NCBI GenBank assembly: GCA_033762915.1
Contig: JANRLD010000072.1
Location: forward strand, 1 to 64,000
DNA: 64,000 nucleotides
From: Meiothermus sp.
GTDB taxonomy: Bacteria; Deinococcota; Deinococci; Deinococcales; Thermaceae
Direction: 5' to 3'
Program-made: the position numbers and the translations under genes
The notes under the pieces: model-generated
Told to the model about the DNA's origin: nothing
Seen by the model: only the letters and a program-made list of their open reading frames with translations
Database searches by the model: none
Shown: positions 1 to 10,031 of the stretch, piece after piece
Layout: each line of letters starts with the position of its first letter
Numbering within the stretch: the stretch's first letter is position 1

Positions 1-93
1 ATGTCCAGCCCGGCCAACGCCCGCCATCTACTGCGTGGAATCGCCGCGTTTGAGAAGGGCGAGGGCAAGGTGCGGGAGTTGATCGAGGAGTGA
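1..93 (+). CDS. yefM: YefM/Phd-family antitoxin, 3' end only (gene starts before the window)
   Basis: Frame 1 reads MSSPANARHLLRGIAAFEKGEGKVRELIEE*, matching the YefM C-terminus (SPANA motif). Its TGA overlaps the GTG start of the toxin (GTGA). Confidence 0.85.
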   Translation: MSSPANARHLLRGIAAFEKGEGKVRELIEE

Positions 94-350
94 GGATCAG
101 TTTTTTCGACGAAGCCTGGGAAGGCTACCTGTACTGGCAGGCCACCGACAAGGCGATGCTGAAAAAGGTCAACGAGCTTATCAAAGACATCCTGCGCCAG
201 CCCTACGACGGCATCGGCAAGCCGGAGGCCTTGAGGCAAAACCTGAGCGGATGGTGGTCTCGGCGGATCACCCAGGAGCACCGCATCGTCTACCGCCTCC
301 AAGGCGAGGAGGTGCAGATTCTGAGCGTCCGCTACCACTACGAAGACTAG
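90..350 (+). CDS. yoeB: YoeB/Txe-family toxin (ribosome-dependent mRNase)
   Basis: 86 aa with YoeB signatures W..YLYWQ, GIGKPEAL, WSRRITQEHRIVY and C-terminal RYHY. Confidence 0.95.
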   Translation: MRISFFDEAWEGYLYWQATDKAMLKKVNELIKDILRQPYDGIGKPEALRQNLSGWWSRRITQEHRIVYRLQGEEVQILSVRYHYED

Positions 351-1054
351 CGCTTCAGTAATTCCAGCGCCACCCATAACCCCAGACGCCGCTCGGGGTC
401 GTCGAGGTCGCCGAGCATCCCCTTGAGCTGCTCGAGGCGGTAGTAGACACTCTGCCGCCGTACTCCCAGCTTCCGGGCGGTCTCGGCGATGTTGAACTGG
501 CAGGCCAGGAGGGTCTCTAGGGTGGCCAGGAGGGTGCTGCGGGGGCGGCTGGGCAGGCTCAGCACGGTGCCTAGCTGGCGCTGCAGAAAGCGCTTGTCGC
601 GGCCGGTCTCCACCAGGGCTTCTAGCAGTGCTTCCAGCAGCGGTTCTTCTTTGGTGACGTTGGGGCGCAGGATGCGCTCGTGAGCGGCGCGGGTCAGGTC
701 GGCAAAGCGGACCTCGGCATGGAAGGCCAGGATGGGGAACTGCAGCATCCGGGCGGTCTGCAGCATCTCTGGCGGTACCTCCTTGAGCCACTGGACCAGC
801 TCGAGGGCCAGACCCCCCACTCCGGACTCGGCCAGCGAGCGCACGTAGGCAGCGCGGGCTTCGGGGAGGCACCGGGCCAGCTCTACTCCGGTAGAGAGCA
901 CCAGTTCGCCGCCCGAAAGCAGGCGGGCCACGTCCAGCACCTCGGCCACGTGTACCCAGGTGATGGCACTGTCCAGCTTGGCCTGTCCCGACAGCAGTTC
1001 TGCACCGCGAAAGGCGGGCAGCTCGAGGACTTGCCGGAGGCTGGGGAGGCTCAT
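347..1054 (-). CDS. PucR-family transcriptional regulator (purine-catabolism N domain plus C-terminal HTH)
   Basis: N-terminal WVHVAE..LLSGGELVLSTG motif and C-terminal NIAETARKLGVRRQSVYYRL HTH. Start placed at ATG 1054. Confidence 0.88.
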   Translation of the reverse strand: MSLPSLRQVLELPAFRGAELLSGQAKLDSAITWVHVAEVLDVARLLSGGELVLSTGVELARCLPEARAAYVRSLAESGVGGLALELVQWLKEVPPEMLQTARMLQFPILAFHAEVRFADLTRAAHERILRPNVTKEEPLLEALLEALVETGRDKRFLQRQLGTVLSLPSRPRSTLLATLETLLACQFNIAETARKLGVRRQSVYYRLEQLKGMLGDLDDPERRLGLWVALELLKR

Positions 1055-1307
1055 GGAAGGGCCTAGCGGGGCCGTGCACATACTCTATCGCCCGGTCGGG
1101 GCCTCGGGCAAACGGTAGAGCGCTAGGGGTTCAGTTGCTGCTCAGAGGTTGCACAGGGTCGGTTCAGAGGGCACACCTAAGTTGGGCCATACGGGGTGTT
1201 ATAGGAGACCCGTATGCCCGGCGGCTGGATAGCAAATCACCACACGACGACCGCTGTGGGCAGGCCCTACCGGCCGTCGCGCCGACCCCAGTCGAGAGGA
1301 GATCTCT

Positions 1308-3266
1308 GTGAGGAAGGCTTTCAAGCGCAGCATCGTCGTGGGGGTCCTGGCCACGGGCGTGGCCCTGGCCCAGGTCAACTTCACCGCCCAGCAGGCCACC
1401 CAGGGCGCGGCCACCTATCGCTCCCAGTGTGCGATGTGCCACGGACCCAACCTTCAAGGCGCATCAGGCCCGGCACTCAAAGGGCAGCAGTTCGCGGCCA
1501 AATGGTAGAAAAACAGCCTCGAGGACTTCTACCACGTGATGTCCGCCACCATGCCGCTGACCAATCCTGGCGGCCTATCGGAGGCACAGTATCTGAGCAT
1601 CACCGCCCACGTGCTCCAAGCCAACGGGCGCAAGCCGACCAACAAGCCCCTGACCCGTGCTGGCCTCAAGAACCAGAAGATGTTCGCCGCCCAGATTCAG
1701 GCCCAGTCGGCCACCTTCACCTTTGCCCCGCTCCCCTCCCCGGTCAGCGGCCCCACCCAGGAGGAGCTTAGCGCCTCTGATGCGGCCAAGGACTCCTGGC
1801 TGATGAACAACAAGGGGTACACCAGTCAGCGCTTTGCACCCGTTGACGCCATCCATCGGGGAAATGTAGCCGGGTTGCGGCGGATTTGCACGGTCGACTT
1901 GGGCGACCTCGGCGGCTTTCAGGCCACCCCGGTCGTATATCAGGGGGTCATGTTCATCACCAAGGAGAACCGCACTTTTGCCATTGACGCTACCAACTGC
2001 AAGATCTATTGGAAGCATGTCTACGCTGCACAGGGGCCGGTGGTGCTGGGCACCAACCGCGGGGTGGCATTGTACCGCGGGGTGGTCTACCGGGGTACCG
2101 GTGATGCCCACCTGATCGCCCTCGACGCCAACACTGGGAAGCAGTTGTGGGACGTCCAGATTGCCGATTCTACCGATGGATACTTTACCAGCTCGGCTCC
2201 GGTGGTCTGGAGCGACCTGGTTTTCATGGGCGAAGCTGGAGCCGACTGGGGCATCAAGGCACGGATGCATGCCTTCAACGTCGCGGACGGCTCCGTGGCC
2301 TGGACCTTCGATGTAATCCCCACCGGGCAGCAGCCGGGTGCCGAGACTTGGCAGCGGGCCGACTCCACTACGACCGGCGGCGGATCGATGTGGACCACAT
2401 ATACCCTGGACGAGTCCAGCGGGTTGCTCTACGTCTCAGTGGGCAACCCCGCCCCCGACTTCGCCGCGCAGTACCGGCCTGGGGCTAACCTCTTCACCAA
2501 CTCGATCGTGGTCCTCGAGGCCCGCACCGGCCAGCTCAGCCACTACTACCAGCAAATCCCCAATGACGACAAGGACTACGACACCTCGGTCGCGCCGGTG
2601 TTGTTCCGGCTGGGTGACAAACTTTTGGTCAGCGTACCCACCAAGGCCGGCTTTTTGTTCTCCTATGACGAGACTAGCCGAAAGCAGGTGTATAAGGTGC
2701 CGACCACTACTGTCAAGAACGCCGACCGGCCCCCAACCGCCGCCGGTACCCTCATCTGCCCAAATTACGCCGCCGGTAGCCAGTGGTCAGGCCCGGCCTA
2801 CCATCCCGAGTCGCGCCGCCTCTTCGTCAACTCGATCGACTGGTGCGGGGTGGTCAAGCTGGGTGAGGTGCGCTACGTGCGGGGCCAGCTCTTCTTCGGT
2901 GGGGCCATGCAGCTCGACCCCATCGAGAAGGCCAAGGGACACACCTCGGCCTACGACGCCGCGACCGGCCGGCTGGTCTGGCGCCACACCACCGAGGGCG
3001 GGGTGCGCAAGGCAACACCGGTGACCGCGACCGCCGGTGGCCTGGTGCTGTTCGGCGACACCGTCGGCAATTTCTACGCCCTCGACGCCGACAGCGGCAG
3101 AGTGCTGCTGCGGCAGAATGTCGACAACGCCCCCATGGGTGCCGGGATTGCGACCTACATGGTAGGCGACCGGCAGTACATCGCGGTGCCGGCCGGCAAC
3201 ACCTCGAGGGGGACTACCGGGGTCAACGCAGTCAGCTCCCGGGTGACCATCATGGCCCTGCCCTAA
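1308..3266 (+). pseudogene. Secreted cytochrome c / PQQ-dependent dehydrogenase fusion with one in-frame TAG at 1506-1508
   Basis: ORFs 1308..1508 (signal peptide, CAMCH heme motif) and 1536..3266 (TMP heme-ligand region, then PQQ beta-propeller repeats) are in the same frame: ...FAAKW*KNSLEDFYHVMSATMP. GAGGAG lies upstream of GTG 1308. Confidence 0.85.
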
Positions 3267-3279
3267 GGCTGGTGAAGCG

Positions 3280-3999
3280 ATGCAACACAAGACACTCCTC
3301 ATCCTGACCCTGGCCGGCGTGTGTCCACTGGCACTTTCGGTGCAGCCCACCCTGACCGCGCAGCAGCTCGAGCGGGCCATGCGCGAGGGGGCCGCCATGA
3401 ACACCCCCTCCAGTGGCTACAACCTGCGCGATTACCTGCTGCGCGAGTACAACAGCGGGGTCTCCCTCACGCCGCGCGCTGGCGAGGTCGATGCGGTCAC
3501 GGTGGCCACCCCCTACGAGCGGGTGCGCTACCACAGCTACCTCGAGTCGCTCCAGCAGAGCCCCATGAACGTGGCCAAGGCACGCGAGGTGTTGCGCCAG
3601 TACCAGGGCAGGGTGACCTTCGTGGTCTTCGCCCACAGCCCCTTCACCGTGGACGCTGAGACTGAGCAGTTCATGCAGGCTTATGGCAGCACCTCGACCC
3701 GCGGCGAGAGAGGAGAGACTCGCACCCGCAGCTTCCTGGACCGCTATAAACCTGCCACCCTTTCACTCGGCGGCCGCACCTACACGGCCCGCCCCGTCGC
3801 CGACGGCCCCTACACCGACATCTTCTCCATCCTGGGCTCGCGTCCCGAGTCTCGCTACTTGGGTCTGCTCAGCTACAGCTTCGACTTGAGCCGTCTCGGC
3901 ACCCGTGAATCCATCGGGGGTCGGGGGGTACTGCGATTCCGCGACAGTCAGGGTCAAACCGAGTACCGACTCGAGGTCGATCTGGCCAAGTACTTTTAG
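3280..3999 (+). CDS. Secreted hypothetical protein, probably co-transcribed with the PQQ gene
   Basis: 239-aa ORF with an N-terminal signal-like segment and host-like codon use, 13 bp after the PQQ gene. Confidence 0.75.
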   Translation: MQHKTLLILTLAGVCPLALSVQPTLTAQQLERAMREGAAMNTPSSGYNLRDYLLREYNSGVSLTPRAGEVDAVTVATPYERVRYHSYLESLQQSPMNVAKAREVLRQYQGRVTFVVFAHSPFTVDAETEQFMQAYGSTSTRGERGETRTRSFLDRYKPATLSLGGRTYTARPVADGPYTDIFSILGSRPESRYLGLLSYSFDLSRLGTRESIGGRGVLRFRDSQGQTEYRLEVDLAKYF

Positions 4000-4056
4000 C
4001 CCCGCCCGACCATACCCCTATGCTTCTTATGGCTTTTACTGAAGGCGATCGGAGGC

Positions 4057-4989
4057 TCAGCGCTTCTTCTTGGCCCGCCTGGTTTCCAGGCGGCTTTTCC
4101 AGTAAGGGGCCTCGGGTCGGCTGGTTTCCGCCAGGAGCTGGCCGGAAACGGCCATTCCTTCGAAACTCTGAAGGTTGCGTAGGGTGCGCCGCTTGTTGCG
4201 CCGGCCCACCTCGTCGAGCAGCAGGCTGGCTAGCACCAGAGCCGCAGCCGGGATGGCGGTGGTGGGGCTAAGGGTGACCGGGGTCACCAGCAGTTCGCTG
4301 GCCAGCCCGGCAATCTCGAGGTCGGGGCGGTCGGCGACCAGCCCCAGCTCCACCCCACGCCCGTGAAGCAGGCGGGCCAGGATGAAGGTCTCGCGGTTGT
4401 AGCGGGGCATGGCAAAGAGTAGGGCGTAGTCGCCGGGTCGATAGTGGGCAAGCTGGACAAAATTGGACGACTCGAGGTGGGTGATGAGGCTTACCGCAGG
4501 GCGCAGGCGCGCCAGGTACAGCGCGGCCTGGTGGGCGGGCGGGACGGCGGCCCCGAACCCCGCCAGCAGCACCTGAGGTGCCCGGCCCAGTCGGTTGACG
4601 CAGCGCGAAAAGGCCGCCGAGCCGATTACCGCCGACAGCCCCTCGAGGTGCTCCACCTCGCTCTGGAGTACGGAATAGCTGCCCTGCTCCTCGCGGGCGA
4701 AGCGCTCGAGGGGGGCCGGGGAGGGCATGCCCACCTCGCCCAGCACCACCTGGCTTAAGGCCCGCAACAACTCGGCGTAGCTGCCGAAGCCCAGCGCGGC
4801 CGCAAAGCGGGTGACCGAGGCCTGGCTGGTGCCGGCGGCGCTGGCCAGCTCGCTGGTGGTCATGAAGGGCACCTGGGCGTAGTGGTGCAGCAGGTAGTGG
4901 GCCACCCGCTGCTGGGCCTCGCTCAGCTCCGGGATGCGGGCGTGGAGCTCGGCGATTAAAGATTCACGGTCGTCGAAGGCTATTGACAT
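4057..4989 (-). CDS. MurR/RpiR-family transcriptional regulator (HTH plus SIS domain)
   Basis: LSEAQQRVAHYLL...TTSELASAAGTSQASVTRFAAALGFGSYAEL is a typical RpiR HTH, followed by an SIS-like domain. Confidence 0.92.
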   Translation of the reverse strand: MSIAFDDRESLIAELHARIPELSEAQQRVAHYLLHHYAQVPFMTTSELASAAGTSQASVTRFAAALGFGSYAELLRALSQVVLGEVGMPSPAPLERFAREEQGSYSVLQSEVEHLEGLSAVIGSAAFSRCVNRLGRAPQVLLAGFGAAVPPAHQAALYLARLRPAVSLITHLESSNFVQLAHYRPGDYALLFAMPRYNRETFILARLLHGRGVELGLVADRPDLEIAGLASELLVTPVTLSPTTAIPAAALVLASLLLDEVGRRNKRRTLRNLQSFEGMAVSGQLLAETSRPEAPYWKSRLETRRAKKKR

Positions 4990-5001
4990 CCGTATCTCCG
5001 C

Positions 5002-5046
5002 TGAAGCATTCTATTCACAACCGGTTTGCCCGAATGATATTATTCA
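5002..5046. promoter_or_regulatory. Two tandem GAA-N8-TTCA boxes, candidate RpiR operator
   Basis: TGAAGCATTCTATTCA (5002-5017) and CGAATGATATTATTCA (5031-5046) are AT-rich boxes between the divergent rpiR and hydrolase/ABC operon. Confidence 0.45.
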
Positions 5047-5284
5047 GGTGTCCGCCGGGCAAGCCCACCGGGACTAGCGCGAAAAAGCTGGTCCCTGTTG
5101 TCTTTTTCTGACCTAAGCGCTCGACCCTGCCCGACTTCTCCTCACACCGCCCAAGCAGCCCCGTCGAAAAGGCCTAGCGGCGCAATCGGGGCGGTTTGGC
5201 CGGTGTTCCGAGTTGATTTTTATACACCACGCATATGAGCGCCCTAGCTGAGTGCCAATCCCGACCCTATAGGAGGTTCCGCCC

Positions 5285-6133
5285 ATGCCCACTGTTCAGC
5301 TCAACGGTACCGAAATCTTCTACATTCAGGCCGGGAAAGGGATACCCTGCCTAGTGATGCACGGCGGGCTGGGGTGCGACCACACCTACATGCACCCCTG
5401 GATGGACGCCCTGGGGGACACTTTCGAGCTGACCTACTACGACCACCGGGGCAACGGCCGGTCGGGCCGGCCGCCGGTTGAGACGCTGAGTTTCGCGCAG
5501 TTTGCCGCCGACGCCGACGCCCTGCGGGCCCACCTGGGCCACGAGAAAATCGCCGTGATGGGCAGCTCCTACGGCGGATTCATTGCCCAGGAGTACGCCA
5601 TCCGATACCCCGAGCGGGTGAGTCTGCTGGTCTTGATGGACACCGCACCGGCCTTCGACTATAAAGACGACGTGCTCTTCCACGCCCGCCGGAAGGGAGC
5701 CACCCCCGAGATGCTGGAAGCCCTCGAGTCCCTCAATCCCAGCACCGACCAAGAGATGGCCGACATGATGCACCTGATCGGTCCGCTCTACTACTACCGC
5801 TACGACGCGGCCCTCGACACCGCCGCGATGGGTAAGACCCTTTACTGCGGCTCGGCGGCCAAGCGGGGCTTCGAGCTGCTCGAGGGCTGGAGCACGCTGG
5901 ATCGTCTGAGCGGAGTTCGCGCCCCCACCTTGGTGCTGGTCGGGCGGGACGACTACATCACCCCACCCCAGCAGTCCGAGCGCATCCGTGACCGGATACC
6001 GGGCGCTGAGCTGGTGGTTTTTGAGCAGAGTGGGCACATGCCCCACCTCGAGGAGCCCGAAGCTTTTTTCGCGGCGATCCGGGGTTGGGCTGGGCGTAAT
6101 GCAGGTCAGTCGGAAGCGGTGGCAGGGAGGTAA
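5285..6133 (+). CDS. Alpha/beta hydrolase, proline iminopeptidase-like
   Basis: HGGLG oxyanion motif, YDHRGNGRS, GSSYGG nucleophile elbow and SGHMPHLE. AGGAGG RBS upstream. Confidence 0.9.
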   Translation: MPTVQLNGTEIFYIQAGKGIPCLVMHGGLGCDHTYMHPWMDALGDTFELTYYDHRGNGRSGRPPVETLSFAQFAADADALRAHLGHEKIAVMGSSYGGFIAQEYAIRYPERVSLLVLMDTAPAFDYKDDVLFHARRKGATPEMLEALESLNPSTDQEMADMMHLIGPLYYYRYDAALDTAAMGKTLYCGSAAKRGFELLEGWSTLDRLSGVRAPTLVLVGRDDYITPPQQSERIRDRIPGAELVVFEQSGHMPHLEEPEAFFAAIRGWAGRNAGQSEAVAGR

Positions 6134-6135
6134 GA

Positions 6136-7647
6136 ATGAAGAAGCTTTGGACGGCAGTGGGTTTCACTCTTTTGGGCTTGGCGCTCACCCCGGCGCTGGC
6201 CCAGACCCGTGGCGGCACCCTCACGGTGGCGCAGCAGGCCGACATCGTCGGCCTCGACCCGCACACGGTGTCGGCCTATTCCTCGGCAGTGGTGGTCGAG
6301 CAGATCTACGACTCGCTGCTGGTGCTCGACGAGAAGGGCGACGTGTTGCCCTCGCTGGCAACGCGCTGGGTGGTGGGCAATAACGGCCTAACCTATACCT
6401 TCACCCTGCGTTCGGGGGTCAAGTTCTCCGACGGCAGCCCGCTCACATCAAAGGACGTGGTCTACTCCTTCCAGCGCATCCTGAACCCCAAGACCGCGTC
6501 GCCGCGCCTGAACGACCTGGGCAAAGTAAAGTCGGTGACCGCACCTAACCCCACCACCGTAGTCGTGACCCTCGAGCAGCCCTTCGCCCCCTTCCTGACC
6601 AAGGTGGCCGGCCCCCTGATGGCCATCATGCCCGACGGCTACGCCGAAAAGGCTGATGTGAATAAGGTCCCCTTGGGCTCGGGGCCGTTCAAGTTCGTCA
6701 ACTGGGTGTCCGGCGATAGCGTGAACCTCGAGCGCAACCCCAACTACTGGGAGGCCGGAAAGCCCTACCTGGACAAGCTGGTTTTTAAGGCCCTCAAGGA
6801 CGACGCTACCCGTGTAACCAACGTCGAGACCGGCAACGTCGACCTGATCATGAGTGTACCGCAGAACCAGGTCGAACGCCTCGAGAAGAACGCCAGTGTT
6901 AAGCTCTCGGGTGGCCCTGGCACCTGGTACGACTACCTGGGCCTCAACCAGGCCAAGGCTCCCTTCAACAACCTCAAAGTGCGCCAGGCGCTCAACCTGG
7001 CCATCAACCGTGACCTGATCGTCCGGACGGTGCTTTTCGGCAAGGGCACCGCCATCGCCTGCGGACCCATTCCGCCCTCGCATTGGGCCTTCGCCACCTG
7101 CAAGGAGCAGGTCTTCAACCAGGCCCGCGCCAAGCAACTCCTCACCGAAGCTGGCTTCCCTAACGGCTTCAAGATGAACATCAAGGTTGGGGCCGACTAC
7201 AAGTCGCAGGTCAACATCGCCCAGTCCATCCAGGCTCAGCTCAAGCCCCTGGGTATCGAGGTTACCGTGCAGCCCATGGAGTGGGGCGCCTTCCTCGATG
7301 ACGTGACCAATAAAGGCAACTTCGAGGGCGTGATCTTGGGCTGGATCGGCTCGGTCGACCCCGACGACTTCCTCTACTACCAGTTCCGCACCGGCGAGAA
7401 GTTTAACTTTGTTAAGTTCTCCAACCCCCAGGCCGACCGTCTGCTCGACCAGGGCCGCTCTACAGTCAACAAGACCCAGCGCCAGACCATCTACCGCCAG
7501 CTCCAGACCCTTCTGGCCCAGCAAGCCGCCTACATCTTCTTGCACATCAACGACCAGTACGAGGCCTTCACCCCGGCGGTACAGGGCTACGTCCACTACG
7601 CCACCGGCTCGATGCGCTCGCTGAAAGACGTCTGGCTCAGGAAGTAG
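6136..7647 (+). CDS. ABC transporter substrate-binding protein, class 5 (Dpp/Opp-like)
   Basis: Signal peptide, LDPH, YTFTLRSGVKFSDG, GSGPFK and VRQALNLAINR motifs. Confidence 0.95.
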   Translation: MKKLWTAVGFTLLGLALTPALAQTRGGTLTVAQQADIVGLDPHTVSAYSSAVVVEQIYDSLLVLDEKGDVLPSLATRWVVGNNGLTYTFTLRSGVKFSDGSPLTSKDVVYSFQRILNPKTASPRLNDLGKVKSVTAPNPTTVVVTLEQPFAPFLTKVAGPLMAIMPDGYAEKADVNKVPLGSGPFKFVNWVSGDSVNLERNPNYWEAGKPYLDKLVFKALKDDATRVTNVETGNVDLIMSVPQNQVERLEKNASVKLSGGPGTWYDYLGLNQAKAPFNNLKVRQALNLAINRDLIVRTVLFGKGTAIACGPIPPSHWAFATCKEQVFNQARAKQLLTEAGFPNGFKMNIKVGADYKSQVNIAQSIQAQLKPLGIEVTVQPMEWGAFLDDVTNKGNFEGVILGWIGSVDPDDFLYYQFRTGEKFNFVKFSNPQADRLLDQGRSTVNKTQRQTIYRQLQTLLAQQAAYIFLHINDQYEAFTPAVQGYVHYATGSMRSLKDVWLRK

Positions 7648-7741
7648 CCTGGGGTTGAGGCGGCGTAGGGCGAAGTGAAACCGCACCCCTCGAGCGCTGT
7701 CCTGACGCCTTGGTACCCCCCGCTCCTCACGTTTGGATCGT

Positions 7742-8686
7742 ATGTTTGTCTACGTTCTGCGTCGCCTGCTCGCGGTGATCCCCATCCTACTGGGGATCAC
7801 CGTCATCTCGTACTTCCTGACCCGCACCATTCCGGGCGACCTGGTGGCGGTGATGCTGGGCACCAACGTGGACCCGCAGGTGGCTGCAGAACTGCGGCGC
7901 AAGCTGATGCTCGACCAGCCGATTGTGGTGGGCTACTTCGACTGGCTGGGCAGGGTGCTGCGGGGCGACCTGGGGGAGTCCCTCAGGTCGGGGCAGTCCA
8001 TCGCCGAAGACATCGCCAACCGGCTGGGGCGCACCGCACAGCTCACCTTCGCGGCCATGCTTCTGGCCTTGTTGATCAGCATACCGGCGGGCATTTTGGC
8101 GGCGGTACGGCGCAACCGCTTCGCCGATGGGACGGTTAGCTCGCTGGCCCTGCTGGGGGTCTCGACGCCCGACTTCTGGCTGGGCTTCATCCTGATTCTG
8201 ATCTTTTCGGTACACCTGGCCTGGTTACCCCCGGCGGGCTACATCCCCCCGACCGAGAACCCTGCACGCTTCTTCAGCCTTCTGATCCTTCCCGCCCTTA
8301 CGCTTGGCTTCCAGGTGACCGGAATCCTGACGCGCTTTACCCGCTCAGCGGTGCTCGAGGTGCTCTCGCAGGATTTCATCCGCACCGCCAAGGCTAAAGG
8401 GCTTACCGAGCGGGCAGTGCTCTACAAACACGCCTTGCGCAACGCCTTCGTCCCCATCATCACAGTGATCGGGCTAAACGTGGGCTTTCTGCTGAGCGGA
8501 ACCATCATCGTGGAGACCATCTTTGGCTGGGCTGGGGTGGGTAGCCTGGCGATCACCGCCATCAACCAGCGCGACTACCCGGTTGTGCAGGCCACGGTGA
8601 TGCTGTTCGCGCTGATCTTTACGGTCGTCAACCTGATCGTGGACCTGGCCTACGGGCTAATCGACCCCAGGATTCGCTACGGATGA
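7742..8686 (+). CDS. ABC transporter permease (DppB-like)
   Basis: GDLGES motif, EAA loop DFIRTAKAKGL...HALRNA, and DPRIRY terminus. Confidence 0.93.
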   Translation: MFVYVLRRLLAVIPILLGITVISYFLTRTIPGDLVAVMLGTNVDPQVAAELRRKLMLDQPIVVGYFDWLGRVLRGDLGESLRSGQSIAEDIANRLGRTAQLTFAAMLLALLISIPAGILAAVRRNRFADGTVSSLALLGVSTPDFWLGFILILIFSVHLAWLPPAGYIPPTENPARFFSLLILPALTLGFQVTGILTRFTRSAVLEVLSQDFIRTAKAKGLTERAVLYKHALRNAFVPIITVIGLNVGFLLSGTIIVETIFGWAGVGSLAITAINQRDYPVVQATVMLFALIFTVVNLIVDLAYGLIDPRIRYG

Positions 8687-8760
8687 AGGGCATCTGGCCG
8701 GTAGACCAAAGTGTTTTGACGTAGTCCGCGATAGCCTTGTGCTATTGGCCAGGGGAACCC

Positions 8761-9636
8761 ATGACTCGAGCCAGTCCCGAAACCGAGACCGACGGCGCGC
8801 CCAAGCGGCGTGCGCGTGCGCCACGCCTGTTTCGGCAGCGTTCGCTCCTGGTCGGCGGTGCGATCATCCTGGTGATGGCGTTGTGCGCGCTGCTCTCGCC
8901 GGTGATGGCCCCCTACGATCCCGCCGAGATGCACCCCGACCACACCCTCGAGGGGCCGTCGGCGCAGTTCTGGCTGGGCACCGACATGTTCGGGCGCGAC
9001 CAGTTCAGCCGCATCCTGCACGGGGCCCGAATCTCTTTTATGGTGGGTCTGATATCGGTCAGCATCGCGCTGCTGCTGGGCGGAGTTTTGGGCCTCATCG
9101 CCGCTTACAGCCGGGGCTGGGTGGACAACCTGATCATGCGGGTGATGGATATCCTCTTCGCCTTCCCTTTCCTGCTCCTCACCATCGCCATCATGGCCGC
9201 TTTCGGGACCAGCCTGGCCAACGCCATGATTGCCATCGGGATCGTCTACACCCCGTCGTTTGCCCGGGTGGTGCGCGGTGCGGCGCTGGGGGTGATGGAG
9301 CTGGGCTACGTGGAAGCCAGCCAGGCGCTGGGCACCAGCAGCGCCCGGATGATGTTCCGCCACGTCCTGCCCAACATCCAGGGCCCGATTATCGTCCAGA
9401 CCACCCTCTCGCTGGCCTTCGCCATCCTGGCCGAGGCCGCGCTGTCCTTTCTGGGTTTGGGCGCACAGCCCCCTATGCCAAGCTGGGGCCTGATGCTTAA
9501 CGAGGGTCGCGACTTCTTCAACCAGGCCCCCTGGCTGGCCATTTTTCCCGGTGTAGCCATCACCCTGGCAGTCCTTGGGTTCAACCTCTTGGGCGACGGC
9601 CTGCGCGACGCGCTCGACCCCCGGCTGAGGGATTGA
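8761..9636 (+). CDS. ABC transporter permease (DppC-like)
   Basis: LGTDMFGRD, YVEASQALG...RHVLPN and GDGLRDALDPR motifs. Confidence 0.93.
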   Translation: MTRASPETETDGAPKRRARAPRLFRQRSLLVGGAIILVMALCALLSPVMAPYDPAEMHPDHTLEGPSAQFWLGTDMFGRDQFSRILHGARISFMVGLISVSIALLLGGVLGLIAAYSRGWVDNLIMRVMDILFAFPFLLLTIAIMAAFGTSLANAMIAIGIVYTPSFARVVRGAALGVMELGYVEASQALGTSSARMMFRHVLPNIQGPIIVQTTLSLAFAILAEAALSFLGLGAQPPMPSWGLMLNEGRDFFNQAPWLAIFPGVAITLAVLGFNLLGDGLRDALDPRLRD

Positions 9637-10031
9637 GGGGGAACGGGGCGGACTTCCAACCAAACGCAAAAGAGAGGGCGAAAGCCGTGCTTGGCAAAGA
9701 CCGCGGTGCCAGAAGTATCGGAAGCACCCAGTAATCGGCTTCAGGATGGCGAAGCGAAGTTTGCCCGATTACCTTGCAACAGCATCCGCACTTAACCAAA
9801 ACCGCGGGTTTATCGCGTTTCCTACGCATACTTCGCCCGTAGTGCTGCGCTAAGGCGTGCGCCAAAGCGGGGTATTGTACTCGGTTCGGTATCCTTTGCC
9901 GCACCGAGATCTCATGGGAACCGCTCGAAATCAAAGCCCGGCAAATACCTTGGGGCCAAAATCTGTTCGCCACCTCGAGTTCGGTCTGCTGTTTCGCGAG
10001 AAGACGCGGGACAATCCCCTGATTGCAGATG

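Noticed and set aside
9640..10030. ORFs 9581..10192 (-) and 9857..10096 (+)
   Set aside because: No recognisable motifs, atypical codon use, and both run into the repeat and IS end.
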